Shown here: positions 35,386 to 47,885 of the stretch, in pieces
How the letters are laid out: each line of letters opens with the position of its first letter
Position numbering within the stretch: the stretch's first letter is position 1
From: Macrostomum lignano
Taxonomy: Eukaryota
Direction of reading: 5' to 3'
DNA length: 64,000 nt
Assembly: GCA_002269645.1 (NCBI GenBank)
Contig: NIVC01000566.1
Location: forward strand, 436,189 to 500,188
Notes under the pieces: generated by a model
Seen by the model: only the letters and a program-made list of their open reading frames with translations
Told to the model about the DNA's origin: nothing
Databases searched by the model: none
Made by a program: the position numbers and the translations under genes

Positions 35386-38300
35386 GCATCAGCAAGCAAG
35401 CAGCCCAGACCTGCCCTACACCAGGCCCCATTTTTGCACCTGTTGGACCAGGTAAAATATGGCCGCAATCTGCCAGCCCTGCTGTGCCAGCGACCCACGC
35501 AGACCATCTGCAACCTGTCAGAGACTGAGCTGCTCCACGGGCCCGAGTTCTCCAGCATGCGGCTGCCGTTTCAAGTCGGCAGCAGTGCAGGCAGCAGTGC
35601 TGATGGTCCCGAATCCAGCTGGCCCATCCAGCTGCTGTCTATGGCCGAGTTTTCCAGCTGCCTAGCAACTCAGAAGAGCCCCCACCAGAGCACCTGGCTG
35701 TATGCCTCCTATATCTACCTGCACCCGGGTGCGTCTCCTCCGGACCCTCAGCTGGCCAAGATTCGCGAACGCATCGATTGGTCTGGTCTGGGCTTTGACA
35801 GAGGCTTGGCAGCCTGCGGCAGCACGCTGTGGATTGGGGGTCCAGGGTCCAAAACCAACCTGCACTATGACGCTTATGGTTACAATATTGTGTTTCAGGT
35901 TTGTTTAACACCTTTAATATAGCTTTAACACCAGTGATATCATGCTCAATCATTATTTGGCATTCTGGACTTGAACAATTCCATGCGAAATAAAAGTCAA
36001 GGTGACCAATACTTGCATCACGTAAAATTCTATTTGCGACCAATTTTCACTAGGGGAAGGGGAAGCTGGCATCGCAGGCACAGAGTCCGCATATCGATGC
36101 CATAAAAGACTTGAATTGTTGTGTGACGTGTTCCACTATTAATTACTACCTACCGGAGTGTTTCACTATTAATTACTACCTACCGGAGTGTCCCACTATT
36201 AATTACTATCTACCGGAAGTGTTCCACAATTAATTAATATCTACCGGAAGTGTTCCAAAAGTAGTTACTACCTACCGGAAGTGTTACAATTAATTACTAC
36301 CCACCGGAAGTGTTCCACAATTAATTACTATCTACCGGAAGTGTTCCACAGTTAATTACTACCTAATGGAGTGTTCCACTATTAATTACTACCTACCGGA
36401 AGTGTTTCACAATTAGTTACTATCTACCGGAAGTGTTACAATTAATTACTACACATTGGAAGTGTTCCACAATTGATTATTACCTACTAGAAGTTTTCCT
36501 AAGTGATTATTGCTAACCATTTTCTCTCGGAAACCCAGGTGTTTGGCAGCAAACGATGGACCCTCTACCCGCCTGAGTCCAGCCACCTGCTCAGGCCTAC
36601 CCGGCTGCCATTCGAAGAGTCCACCATCTTTTCCCGTCTGTCCGCCCCCGCCTCCGTGCCAGAGGCGCGGCCTCACAGCGTCACCCTGGAGCCCGGCGAC
36701 CTGCTGTACGTGCCGCGCCACTGGTGGCACCGGGTTGAGTCCCTGGGCGACTCTGCCAGCTGCTCCGTTAACCTGTGGGTGCCGCTGCCTCACCTGGACG
36801 CCGCCTCTCGGCTCGGCGAATCCCTCGCCGGCCTGATGGTCCGCCTGCTCAGCTCGGCTCCGGCCGCTGCCCAGCTGCTTTCAGAGACGCGCTGGCGCTG
36901 CCGGGACGAGTCGGACAGGCAACACTGGAGGCGGCTGACTGGCGGCGCCGACGTCTGGGGACCCGGCGAGCTGAAGCGGGACCTGGCGACTGCCCAGGAG
37001 GCGGCTGCGGCTGCTGCGGATGCCGAGGCTGAAGCGGCGTCTGACTGCGACTGCGACTGCCGACTCTGCGGCACCGGGGACCAGGTAGGACTGGCAGTTG
37101 ACTGGCAGACTGGCAGCCCTCTGCCTGCTCCTGACACCCTCTGCCTGCTCCTGACACCCTCTGCCTGCTCCTGACACCCTCTGCCTGCTCCTGACACCCT
37201 CTGCCTGCTCCTGACACCCTCTGCCTGCTCCTGACACCCTCTGCCTGCTCCTGACACCCTCTGCCTACTCCTGACACCCTCTGCCTACTCCTGACAGCCT
37301 CTGCCTACTCCTGGCACTATCTGCCTACTCCTGACACTATCCGCCTACTCCTGACACCCTCTGCCTACTCCTGGCACTATCTGCCTACTCCTGACACTAT
37401 CCGCCTACTCCTGACACCCTCTGCCTACTCCAGACAGCCTCTGCCTACTCCTGACACCATCTGCCTACTCCTGACACTATCTGCCTACTCCTGACACCAT
37501 CTGCCTACTCCTGACACTATCTGCCTACTCCTGACACCATCTGCCTACTCCTGACACCCTCTGCCTACTCCTGACACCCTCTGCCTACTCCTGACACCAT
37601 CTGCCTACTCCTGACACCATCTGCCTACTCCTGACACCATCTGCCTACTCCTGACACCCTCTGCCTACTCCTGACACCATCTGCCTACTCCTGACACCAT
37701 CTGCCTACTCCTGACACCCTCTGCCTACTCCAGACAGCCTCTGCCTACTCCTGACAGCCTCTGCCTACTCCTGACACCGTCTGCCTACTCCTGACACCAT
37801 CTGCCTACTCCTGACACCCTCTGCCTACTCCTGACACCCTCTGCCTACTCCAGACAGCCTCTGCCTACTCCTGACACCCTCTGCCTACTCCTGACACCAT
37901 CTGCCTACTCCAGACAGCCTCTGCCTACTCCTGACACCATCTGCCTACTCCTGACACCATCTGCCTACTCCTGACACCATCTGCCTACTCCTGACACCAT
38001 CTGCCTACTCCTGACACCATCTGCCTACTCCTGACACCATCTGCCTACTCCTGACACCATCTGCCAACTCCTGACACCATCTGCCTACTCCTGACACCAT
38101 CTGCCTACTCCCGGCGCAGACATCCCCTTCATTGTAGCTACTTTGAATTCTGCCAACCAATCAAACACTTCTAAGTTATCTGGTGCCGGCCCTACTCCAC
38201 ATCACCGCAGTCTGTATCGGAGTTTGTTTCTGCCTCCGGCGTCACCGTAGCGTCCCTGAGTCCAGACGCGGCGCCCGTCACTTCGCCACCAGCGCCACCA

Positions 38301-38429
38301 GCGTCGGGCCGCTCGGCAGGGGGCCCCGAGGAGCGAATTCTCGCCGCTCTGGTGGACGCCGCCTGCGACGCTGAGGTGCTGGAGGTGCTGTCGGACAAGT
38401 TCATGCTGGCTTTGCAGGCCTCGCGTTGA
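35386..38429 (+). CDS. HSPBAP1: JmjC-domain protein, HSPB1-associated protein 1-like; exons 35386-35898, 36539-37084, 38211-38429 (5' end not located)
   Basis: STLWIG..SKTNLHYDAYGYNIVFQ|VFGSKRWTLYPP..PTRLPFEESTIFS..LEPGDLLYVPRHWWHRVES..SVNLW. Phase-0 GT-AG junctions give a continuous frame to TGA 38427-38429. Confidence 0.85.
36130..36485. repeat. Intronic minisatellite, about 31 bp x11 (gtgttccacaattaattactacctaccggaa)
   Basis: Direct read; inside HSPBAP1 intron. Confidence 0.9.
37118..38112. repeat. Intronic 20-bp minisatellite, about x50 (ctgcctactcctgacaccmt)
   Basis: Units align in register every 20 nt. Confidence 0.97.
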
Positions 38430-38539
38430 GATTGAGCTGATTAATGACCAAAATGCGCGTGATGAGGTTTGTCAATCCTCTACCATTGCCACTCCGTTAC
38501 TCTGCCCTGTTACTGTTCTGTCCTTCTCACTGCTGTTTT

Positions 38540-39480
38540 TTGCGACTGCTCCTTCTTGTCACTGCTCCTTCTTGTCACTGCTCCTTGTCACTGCTCCTTC
38601 TTGTCACTGCTCCTTCTTGTCACTGCTCCTTCTTGTCACTGCTCCTTGTCACTGCTCCTTCTTGTCACTGCTCCTTCTTGTCACTTCTCCTTGTCACTGC
38701 TACTTCTTGTCACTGCTACTTCTTGTCACTGCTCCTTGTCACTGCTCCTTCTTGTCACTGCTCCTTGTCACTGCTACTTCTTGTCACTGCTACTTCTTGT
38801 CACTGCTCCTTGTCACTGCTACTTCTTGTCACTGCTCCTTCTTGTCACTGCTCCTTCTTGTCACTGCTCCTTGTCACTGCTACTTCTTGTCACTGCTACT
38901 TCTTGTCACTGCTCCTTGTCACTGCTCCTTCTTGTCACTGCTCCTTCTTGTCACTGCTCCTTCTTGTCACTGCTACTTCTTGTCACTGCTCCTTGTCACT
39001 GCTACTTCTTGTCACTGCTCCTTGTCACTGCTCTTTCTTGTCACTGCTACTTGTCACTGCTTCTTGTCACTGCTACTTCTTGTCACTGCTCCTTCTTGTC
39101 ACTGCTCCTTGTCACTGCTACTTCTTGTCACTGCTCCTTGTCACTGCTACTTCTTGTCACTGCTTCTTGTCACTGCTACTTCTTGTCACTGCTCCTTGTC
39201 ACTGCTACTTCTTGTCACTGCTACTTCTTGTCACTGCTCCTTCTTGTCACTGCTTCTTGTCACTGCTACTTCTTGTCACTGCTTCTTGTCACTGCTCCTT
39301 CTTGTCACTGCTACTTCTTGTCACTGCTTCTTGTCACTGCTACGTCTTGTCACTACTCTATCCTTGTCACTTCTATATTCTTGTCACTGCTCCTTCTTGT
39401 CACTGCTTCTTGTCACTGCTACTTCTTGTCACTGCTTCTTGTCACTGCTCCTTCTTGTCACTCCTTTGCCATCGCCACTC
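38540..39480. repeat. 13/16-bp minisatellite (core ttgtcactgct)
   Basis: Direct read; starts about 110 bp after the HSPBAP1 stop. Confidence 0.95.
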
Positions 39481-40864
39481 CTTGTTCATTGTTACTGTTT
39501 GACTTCTCTGCCTGCCATTTGTCACTCTACTGTCAGCCCTTAGCACTTCCTTGTAACTGGCTGGTCGTTGACTGTTTCAACTTGTCGTCTGGAAGGATGC
39601 ATATTTTCCATTTTAGCCGCATTTTTTCCATCTTTTTTCAAATAATGCATTAAGAGAAAAAGTTTTGAAAAAATTCATGGGTTTTGAAACACACTGCAGT
39701 TGCTTTCTAAATTCGATAAATATCGTATTTTGTTGACAAAAAATTAGTTTATTCCGATTGACCTGCACAACAAATAAAGCTTTTTTAAATGTGTCTATTG
39801 GTTAATAATCGTATTCTAGTTAAAAGTACGCAGAGTCACATCGCGAGTCTAAAAGTACAAGTACATTATTATGCGTTCAAGGTGCCACAGGGTTGGGTAT
39901 CGATTGGTGAGACGCACAGCAATAAAAGATAAACTCGCTAAATAAGCAGTTTGCTACACTAAATAATTAATAAAACAAACAAAACGGACATTTTGAGTCC
40001 AAATGATTAAAACAAACGCCGCAACTAATATTCAAAAGCGCGTCACTTGTGACTGAGCAGCTATTGCCATAAACGCATCAATAAAATTATGAATGATTGG
40101 AAAATTCAACTAAAAACAGCGATGCTAAATATAAAAGAATAATAAAAATTCTTATGTCGATGCTTACAACCATTGATTTGTGCGCGATTCCACTACTTAG
40201 GCGGATAAGTAGTAAGTAACGCTAGTACTATAAGTAGCTATATCTAAAATATCTAGAAAACTGGTGTCCTATAGTGTTTGAGAATCTTTAACGAGCGATA
40301 ATAGAGCGTTTAGCAATGTATATGGCAGATATAAAAATTGTCTAAATCGCAAATAGAACAAATTCATTATGCTAATTAGAGCAATTATACACCCTTATGC
40401 AGCGTTCATCGAATTATTCCAATAAAAATCATAAGTGAGGGAACGCAAAGTTCAGTCCTGGCATTATTTCAATTAGTTAATTGTTACTATAGTGCATTAA
40501 AACAAGCTTGAAGTAACGACAAAAAAATAAAGAAAATTAAAACCAATACATTAGTTAATACATTGCTATGTAATTTACCCCAAGCCAATAAAATATTCCA
40601 AGTATGCAGAGCACAGAAAATTCCAATACGCTTTTTTGTGGCAACAATTTTCCAGCAATATTTTCTATTATAATTTCGAATGCGAGCGTAAATTAACTGT
40701 TGAAAATGAAGCAATTTTTAATGCGTCAACATGGGCACAGGAATTTTCAATTGCCGTGATGCAAAGCGATGGAACTCCAGAAAGAGCATGGGGCTCTGTC
40801 TAAACGATGAGTACTACTGATGAAGTTAATTATTAGATGGGTGGAATACTATGATGTGCTATAT

Positions 40865-41161
40865 AATTGATAATAGTAATTGATTACACCTGCCTAATGG
40901 GCAGATGTGCAACCGACAGCTCAGCCGCAGCTATTGCGCGGCGCATCTGAAGGCTGCATACGGCTGTTCAGTCCAAGGACTGGGGGGTCGCCACACACAC
41001 CTTCAATTACCCCAGCTAATGCTGGTGCCCATTTTACAGCTGAGTGAACTGAAGCAGTGCAGAGTCTTGTTCAAGTACACAAACTGCTCCAGTGGGATCG
41101 GGAATCGAACCCCTGACCTTCAAGTTGTGAGTCAAGCGCTTTAACCACTAGGCTACAACAC
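40865..41161 (-). mobile_element. tRNA-derived SINE (family B) with CORE-like central segment
   Basis: A box tagcctagtgg, B box ggttcgattcc; gtgtacttgaacaagact..cagctgtaaaatgggcacc; AT-rich tail; flanks atgtgctatat/atgtactatat (10/11). Confidence 0.75.
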
Positions 41162-41407
41162 ATGTACTATATGCATATAGCGTAGTGACTTCTCTTCGAT
41201 CCCTGAGAAATGGCACAAATACAGGTGACCAAAATCAAGGCTGTGATTCAAGCTACATTTCAGAGTGCCGCATCTGGAGTTCCACACCAGGATAAACAAT
41301 TTTTTTTTAAATCTTGCAGATGTTTGTTTAAATTATATAATAGAGCAAAAACGATAAACAGGTTTTCAAGTTTGAAACAATTTCAACAGACTTCCCTAGA
41401 AGGTTGA

Positions 41408-44400
41408 TTAGTATCCGTACCCTCCGCTCCGGTACTGACCGCCCATGCCTTGTTGCTGCTGCTGCTGCTGCTGCTGCTGCACTCTGGGAGTGGCGCTGTA
41501 GATGTCGCTGTAGCCCTGCTGCTGCTGCTGCTGCTGCTGCGGCTGTGTTGTAGGATTGTAGGGCGCGTGTGCCGGGCTCCTGGGCGCATTGCCGGCTGCA
41601 ATAATGGCCGTTGGCGTTAATTCAGATAGGAGGTCAGGTGTGTGTCGCGCTTGAATAATTATGGATGACAATCAAGCTCTTATTGGCGAAAGCTTTTCCG
41701 CACTTTTAGAAACAGCTGTTGATGCCATAAAACCACAGATACTAAAATAACTAGATGGGCCACTCAGAGAAATATACTTAGTAAAACAGCTTTTTACTTT
41801 CAGTTCAGTAGCAAAGAAGAATACATAAGCTATTTTATAAAGATAAAGGCAGGGGCCCGTGCTATAGAATACTCTTAACTCCTAAATCCTTAAGAGTGTC
41901 CTAACTCCTAGCTCCTAGCTGGCTTTTCTGTGCTATAGAATCAAGAGTCAATTTTAAGAGCTAGGAGGCTCCTTAAGGACGTTAGGAGACTCCTTGGTGA
42001 ATTTAGGAGAACTCATTAAGGTTTGTCGCGTGCTATAGAATAAGGAGCGGAGCGTAGGAGCTAGGAGCTAGGAATTGCCGTTTAGGAGTGAGTTTTAGGA
42101 GTGCGTGTCCTATAGAAGGAGCGAAACTCATTTCTAGCTCCTAACTCCTAGTTAGGACTTCAAGGGCCAAATTTCACTCTTAGGTTATAGTAGGATCGTG
42201 TGATTCGTTTCTTTTTTCATGTTTTCGGACAGTGAGCTAGGCTCGGACGATGAGGGAGCTAATGATCGACGACCCAGACAATTTAAGCAGAGGATTAACT
42301 TTTTTGAAGAATATAATACTGTGTCACGATTTCGGCTCAATGAGAATCAACTCGCTAGCCTGACGAATCGAATTCGAAATCGAATTGAACACCGAACTGG
42401 TTGTAACTATGCTTTAAGTGCCGAGCAGCAAGTGAGGCTTTCGATTCGCTTTTTGGCCAAAGGAGCAGACTATAGAACGATTGGAGATGCACATGGAGTC
42501 TCAAAAAGTAGTGTTTTCTACGCTTCATCGCTTTAACAAACGCAACTTTTTGGTTTGCTTGCATTGTTTGAATTCACGAATTGCTCCTATAGTTACTCCT
42601 TAAGGTGCGTACATTTAGGAGTTTATTATAGCACGCAGATTGGCAGACTCCTTAGCCAATCGCCTTACACTCCTTAGAACTCCTCACTCCTATGCTGCAC
42701 TCCTTAAAACAACTCTTAGCTCCTACTCTTGATTCTTGAACTCTATAGCACACAAAATCGATTCGCTCCTTGCTAGGAGCACTCCTGACTCCTAACTCCT
42801 TACTCTTTGCTCTTAAATCTATAGCACGGGCCCCAGATGAAATGACTGATAAGTTTAGAAGCCCACAAGCTTGCAGGCGTAAACAACTTGCTAATTGGTT
42901 CAGCAATAATGTACATTAGCCAGTCCACTGAAATGTACATACGAGCGCACCAGCTTTAGGCTGGAATTCCGAAGAAAGGCAATAAAATTGGGGCGGGGCG
43001 GGGGGTAGTGTGAAAAGGAGCCGTTCGAGGGTTTATGCTGGGAGTAAGAGGCAATAAAATGAGCCATGGCTTTAAAAATACATTAAAATGCTTCTGTTTA
43101 ACTTACTACTGAACTGAAAGTAGTTTACACGCAAATGTGCTGAGTGGCCTATTTAGTTATTCTTCTAAGTTCTAAGTTTCAAAGCATTCTAAGTTATTCT
43201 TAGAATCTGTGCATAAAACTGAATTCCCAGTTAAATAAAGAAAATATGAATGTTTTTGAACAAATATGCAAATTTAAAGCCTGTGCCATGCTGAGATGCC
43301 ATGCTGAGATGCCATGCTGAGACTGCCTACGCAAGCCTAACTTGCAAGAAGTCCGCAGCTTAAAGATTTTAGTAGTGAAATTATCAGAGGAAAGCGGGAA
43401 AGAAATTGAAACTGATCGAACATGGCCTGGCATTTCTACTGTTGAACGTGAAGCCCTCACCCTGCATGGCCTCCATGTTCAGCCGGCTGCTGGAGTTCTC
43501 CCGATGCTGCGCCAGCGGAACGCCGTGGGGCGCCAGGAAGTTGGAGTCGCCAGCCGGCAGGTACTGCTGCGGCTCCTCGTCGCGGTCGTTGGCCTCCATG
43601 GCGCTGGGCGGCACGCCCTGCAGTTTGGACTCGCGCCAGTAGAAATTCAGAGCCGCAAACAGCAGCATGACGATCGTGCTGGCGAAACCGTAGGAGCGGA
43701 GCATGCTGTCGGAGCCTGCGGGTTCGGTTTCGCAGCGATGTGCGAGCGTGGGGCGCCTTTCTAATGTACATCGAATTTGGAAAATGGAAAAATATTCACT
43801 GTGGAGACAGGAAAAATTCATGTTTTTTTTCATAAAAATCAGTGATATTGCATTTGATTTGGGGCGGTGATGATTAACCTGTGTTTTAATCTAGCATGCA
43901 CTGCATGTTAGTCTGTGTGCTTGCTAAATTAAAGAGGTGGCAATCTTCACTGCCACAGATCAAATGAAATCAGTGATTTGGTGATGAAAAAGATTTTTCC
44001 TGGATATTGGCCTCCAAAAAACGACACGATCGTTGAGAGTTTTACGTCCTGTTATGCTTCAATAATTCTTGAGTACATACACCCTGTACATGCATGGGCT
44101 CAAGCGATGAGTAACATGGGCGTGTGCCCGCCCGCCCGACTCCTCCAACTTACCGTATTTGGCCGTGACCAGCCCGCCAAAGATGGCGCCAAGCCCGCGG
44201 CCCAGGCCGTGATGAACGCCCTGCAGGAGGCCCTGCGAGGCGGGCCGGGCCTCCACCGGGATGTTCTGAGAGATGTAGGAGCAGACGGCGGCCCAGGTGG
44301 CGGCGTGCGTCAGGCCCTGCAGGAACTCGAACGGCAGGACCCACCAGGCGCGCTCGACCCAGGAGACGAACAGGAAACGGCAGATGTTGGCCAGGAGGCC

Positions 44401-47400
44401 CAGGTACAGCACCCGGATGTGACCTGAGGCGAAGAGGCGGATTTTTAAACTGCAAAGTCTTTGCCTGGGAGGTGCATCATCCGAGGCACAGAGTGTGCAT
44501 GAATTGAAAAGGGTCCCAGGGTGCCCGCAACCCACCTGCAATAGTTATTATTCATATTTACTGTCCCTTCCTATTTTATTTTTTATTAGAGGCAGGGGGG
44601 TTGTGTGCACCCTGGCGCACTTTAAGCGTCATTGGCACACAACCGGCGAGAGGCATTACTGCCCATTCCGCCGACTCCCCTGAGCAGGCATACAAGCGCG
44701 CGGATACGTTACGCAGGCACACACTCACACAGGAGTGTACAGCGGCCCTAACTTTATCAATTGTTAGGCATGTACACTTCACTGCGCCTTGGGGGGGTTG
44801 GCTCTCAAGGCCGTTAATTGCACAAGCGAGCCAAGCCAAGATTCCAATCCAGCCCCAAATTAATGTGGCTGCACTTGGAATCGAGCCTGGGTCGCGGCAC
44901 ACCAGAGCAGCTGCGCTACCGCTGGGCTACGGCCCCCCTGTCCCTTCCTACCGATGGAGTTGATCAGCTTGTCCGAGTGCATGTAGGCCAGCAGCTCGGA
45001 GATGTGGTTCACAATGGAAGCCACGCCGAACAGGGTGGGGCCGCCGCCGATGTCCTGCAGGTGCCAGAACAGCAGCGAGAACACGATGCCATTGCCGATG
45101 CCCATGAAGAAGGTGACGAATAGAAAGGCGCCAAGGCGCGGGTTCAGGTAGACCGGCAGGACGCGAATCCAGGTGCGAAACTGCCAGGTGGCGCCCTCAG
45201 TGCTGTAGGGATTCTGTTGCTCCTGCTGCTTCTGCGGATCCCCTGGCTGCTGCTGGTGCTGCAGGCCGTGGATGCCCAGCTGCTGCTCCAGAATTTGCTC
45301 GTCCGTGCCTTTTATGGACTGCCCACCGGGCTCCTGCGGTAGGGGATTGGCACAGTGTGAGGTTCGGTGAAACATGGGGACAGGCGCCCGGCGGAAGAAC
45401 TGAAAACAGTAATTTTAATTTAATCAAATCCCGTCTTCCTACCTCGTGCAGTGGCTCCGGATTTCCGTCCTCGTCCAGCCTCCCGCGATCCTTCATCGTG
45501 CGGCCGCGATTAATGACCGAGTCGCGAAATTTGTCCTTCATCACCTTCAGGTACATCTGCTCGGAGCCGGCGCCTCCGGGAGCGTCATTGTCGAAGCTGG
45601 TGGATTTTTTTAAAGAAAAAAGTACGGAATTGAATTTTTGGGTGGCTAAATAATATTCTCAGTGGAAAGTCAGATTGCAAACAGCTAAGTGAAGAACCGG
45701 AAGTTAGTTTTGAGCAGCTCAAATGAGGAGCCGGAAGTTGGTTCGGAGTAGTTCAAATTAGGAACCGGAAGTGGCTTTTTGAGTAGCTAATCAGTAAACC
45801 GGAAGTGAATTTTTGAGTAGCCAATCAGTAAACCGGAAGTGGGTTTTTGAGTAGCTAATCAGTAAACCGGAAGTGGGTTTTTGAGTAGCCAATCAGTAAA
45901 CCGGAAGTGGGTTTCTGAGTAGCCAATCAGTAAACTGGAAGTGAGTTTTTGAGTAGCCAATCAGTAAACTGGAAGTGGCTTTTTGAGTAGCCAATCAGTA
46001 AACCGGAAGTGGGTTTCTGAGTAGCCAATCAGTAAACCGGAAGTGGGTTTCTGAGTAGCCAATCAGTAAACCAAAGGTGGGTTTTTGAGTAGCCAATCAG
46101 TAAACCGGAAGTGGGTTTTTGAGTAGCCAATCAGTAAACTGGAAGTGGGTTTCTGAGTAGCCAATCAGTAAACCGGAAGTGGGTTTTTGAGTAGCTAATC
46201 AGTAAACCGGAAGTGGGTTTTTGAGTAGCCAATCAGTAAACCGGAAGTGGGTTTCTGAGTAGCCAATCAGTAAACTGGAAGTGAGTTTTTGAGTAGCCAA
46301 TCAGTAAACTGGAAGTGGCTTTTTGAGTAGCCAATCAGTAAACCGGAAGTGGGTTTCTGAGTAGCCAATCAGTAAACCGGAAGTGGGTTTCTGAGTAGCC
46401 AATCAGTAAACCAAAGGTGGGTTTTTGAGCAGCCAATCAGTAAACCGGAAGTGGGTTTTTGAGTAGCCAATCAGTAAACTGGAAGTGGCTTTTTGAGTAG
46501 CCAATCAGTAAACTGGAAGTGGGTTTCTGAGTAGCCAATCAGTAAACCGGAAGTGGGTTTCTGAGTAGCCAATCAGTAAACCAAAGGTGGGTTTTTGAGT
46601 AGCCAATCAGTAAACCGGAAGTGGGTTTTTGAGTAGCCAATCAGTAAACTGGAAGTGAGTTTTTGAGTAGCCAATCAGTAAACTGGAAGTGGCTTTTTGA
46701 GTAGCCAATCAGTAAACTGGAAGTGGCTTTTTGAGTAGCCAATCAGTAAACTGGAAGTGGCTTTTTGAGTAGCCAATCAGTAAACTGGAAGTGGCTTTTT
46801 GAGTAGCCAATCAGTAAACTGGAAGTGGCTTTTTGAGTAGCCAATCAGTAAACTGGAAGTGGCTTTTTGAGTAGCCAATCAGTAAACCGGAAGTGGGTTT
46901 TTGAGTAGCCAATCAGTAAACCGGAAGTGGCTTAGCGGCATTTCGGCACTCACTGGAACTGAGTCGAAACCGCCAGAGCGCACAGCATGAAGAGGGTGAA
47001 GGTGGCGAAGCACATTATGTAATTCTTCTCCCTCTCGGCGGGGAAGCGGCACGGGTGCTTGAAGAAGGTGGTGCTGAGGTCCAGCCCGATGCCGACGATG
47101 AACATGGCGATGCCCCAGCCGATGCTGCCGAACATCCGCTGCCGGCCGTAGTTCTCCGACTTGCCCTCGATGGCGGCCTGGGTGGCGATGTCGGCCAGGC
47201 TGTTGGCCGGCGCGGAGGTGAACTCGCCGATGATCATGAGGAACAGGATGATGACGAAGGCCTTGCCGATCTCGGCAGTCGAGTACACCACGGTGGAGTA
47301 GCGCGGCATCGCTAGGCCCGGCTGGCCGGCCTTGTCCAGCATGATGGGGTTCTCGCCCACCATCTGCGACCAGCGCTCGTGCGGATTGTTGATGATGCGC

Positions 47401-47885
47401 TTCCGCTGGCTCAGCGCGATGTCGAAGTCTCCGGCGACCACCACCTCGGTGGATCGGTTCTCCGACTCCACCAGGCAGCCGAAGGGCGCCGGGTTGACGA
47501 TGGCGATGGCCACGGTGAAGATGAGCCAGCAGGCGGTGGACACGATGAGGATGAGGCGGCATTTGCGCCACTTCTCCGCCAGGCCGGTCCAGAACGGGGC
47601 GGCGAAGAACTGGATGAGCGGTCGGATGCCGATGAGGGCGCCGGCCTGAGCCGCGTTCATGCCGAGCTGCTTAAAGTACACCGCCATCAGCGGGTAGACG
47701 GAGCCGAAGGCGGCGAAGAAGAAGAAGTAGAACAGCTTGTAGATGTTCAGCGACTTGTCGAAGTAGCCCCCAAGGAAGCGCAAAAATTCGTTGGCGCGCT
47801 GGCCGCGGTTCTGGCCTTCGGTTGGCTCGGCGGCCGGCAGCGGCACCTCGTGGGGCAGCGGCTCGTCCGTGGGGACCGGCTGCAT
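41408..47885 (-). CDS. MFSD6: Major facilitator superfamily domain-containing protein 6-like; exons 46954-47885, 45443-45596, 44952-45333, 44154-44423, 43461-43715, 41408-41595 (726 aa)
   Basis: KLFYFFFFAAFGSVYPLMAVYFKQLGM, YGRQRMFGSIGWG, LFWHLQDIGG.PTLFG, QGLTHAATWA, QGLLQGVHHGLGRG. GT-AG exons sum to 2181 nt, in frame. Confidence 0.9.
41747..43160. mobile_element. Inverted-repeat-bounded non-autonomous element hosting the Harbinger insertion
   Basis: ataactagatgggccactcag..tactttcagttcagtag mirrored by ctactgaactgaaagtag..ctgagtggcctatttagttat. Confidence 0.6.
41853..42833 (+). mobile_element. PIF/Harbinger deletion derivative with a transposase N-terminal fragment (ORF 42219-42536)
   Basis: TIR GGGCCCGTGCTATAGA; 3-bp TSD CAG; RFRL..ALSAEQQVRLSIRFLAKG..GDAHGVSKSSV resembles the HARBI1 HTH region. 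Confidence 0.85.
44574..44937 (-). mobile_element. Full-length tRNA-derived SINE (family A)
   Basis: Head ggggccgtagcccagcggtag (A box) ..ggctcgattcc (B box); A-rich tail; perfect 13-bp TSD ctgtcccttccta at 44561-44573 and 44938-44950. Confidence 0.88.
45770..46930. repeat. Intronic 34-bp minisatellite, about x34 (gagtagccaatcagtaaaccggaagtgggtttyt)
   Basis: Period 34 (45985, 46019, 46053). Confidence 0.97.

Noticed and set aside
38444-39653. 323-394-aa Cys/Leu-rich ORFs (likewise 56718-57384, 50777-50992, 36790-37277, 16384-16771)
   Set aside because: Stop-free by virtue of tandem repeats; open in several frames at once.
44865-44937. tRNA genes (also about 41090-41160)
   Set aside because: A/B boxes present, but they are heads of TSD-flanked SINEs and no clean cloverleaf was evident.
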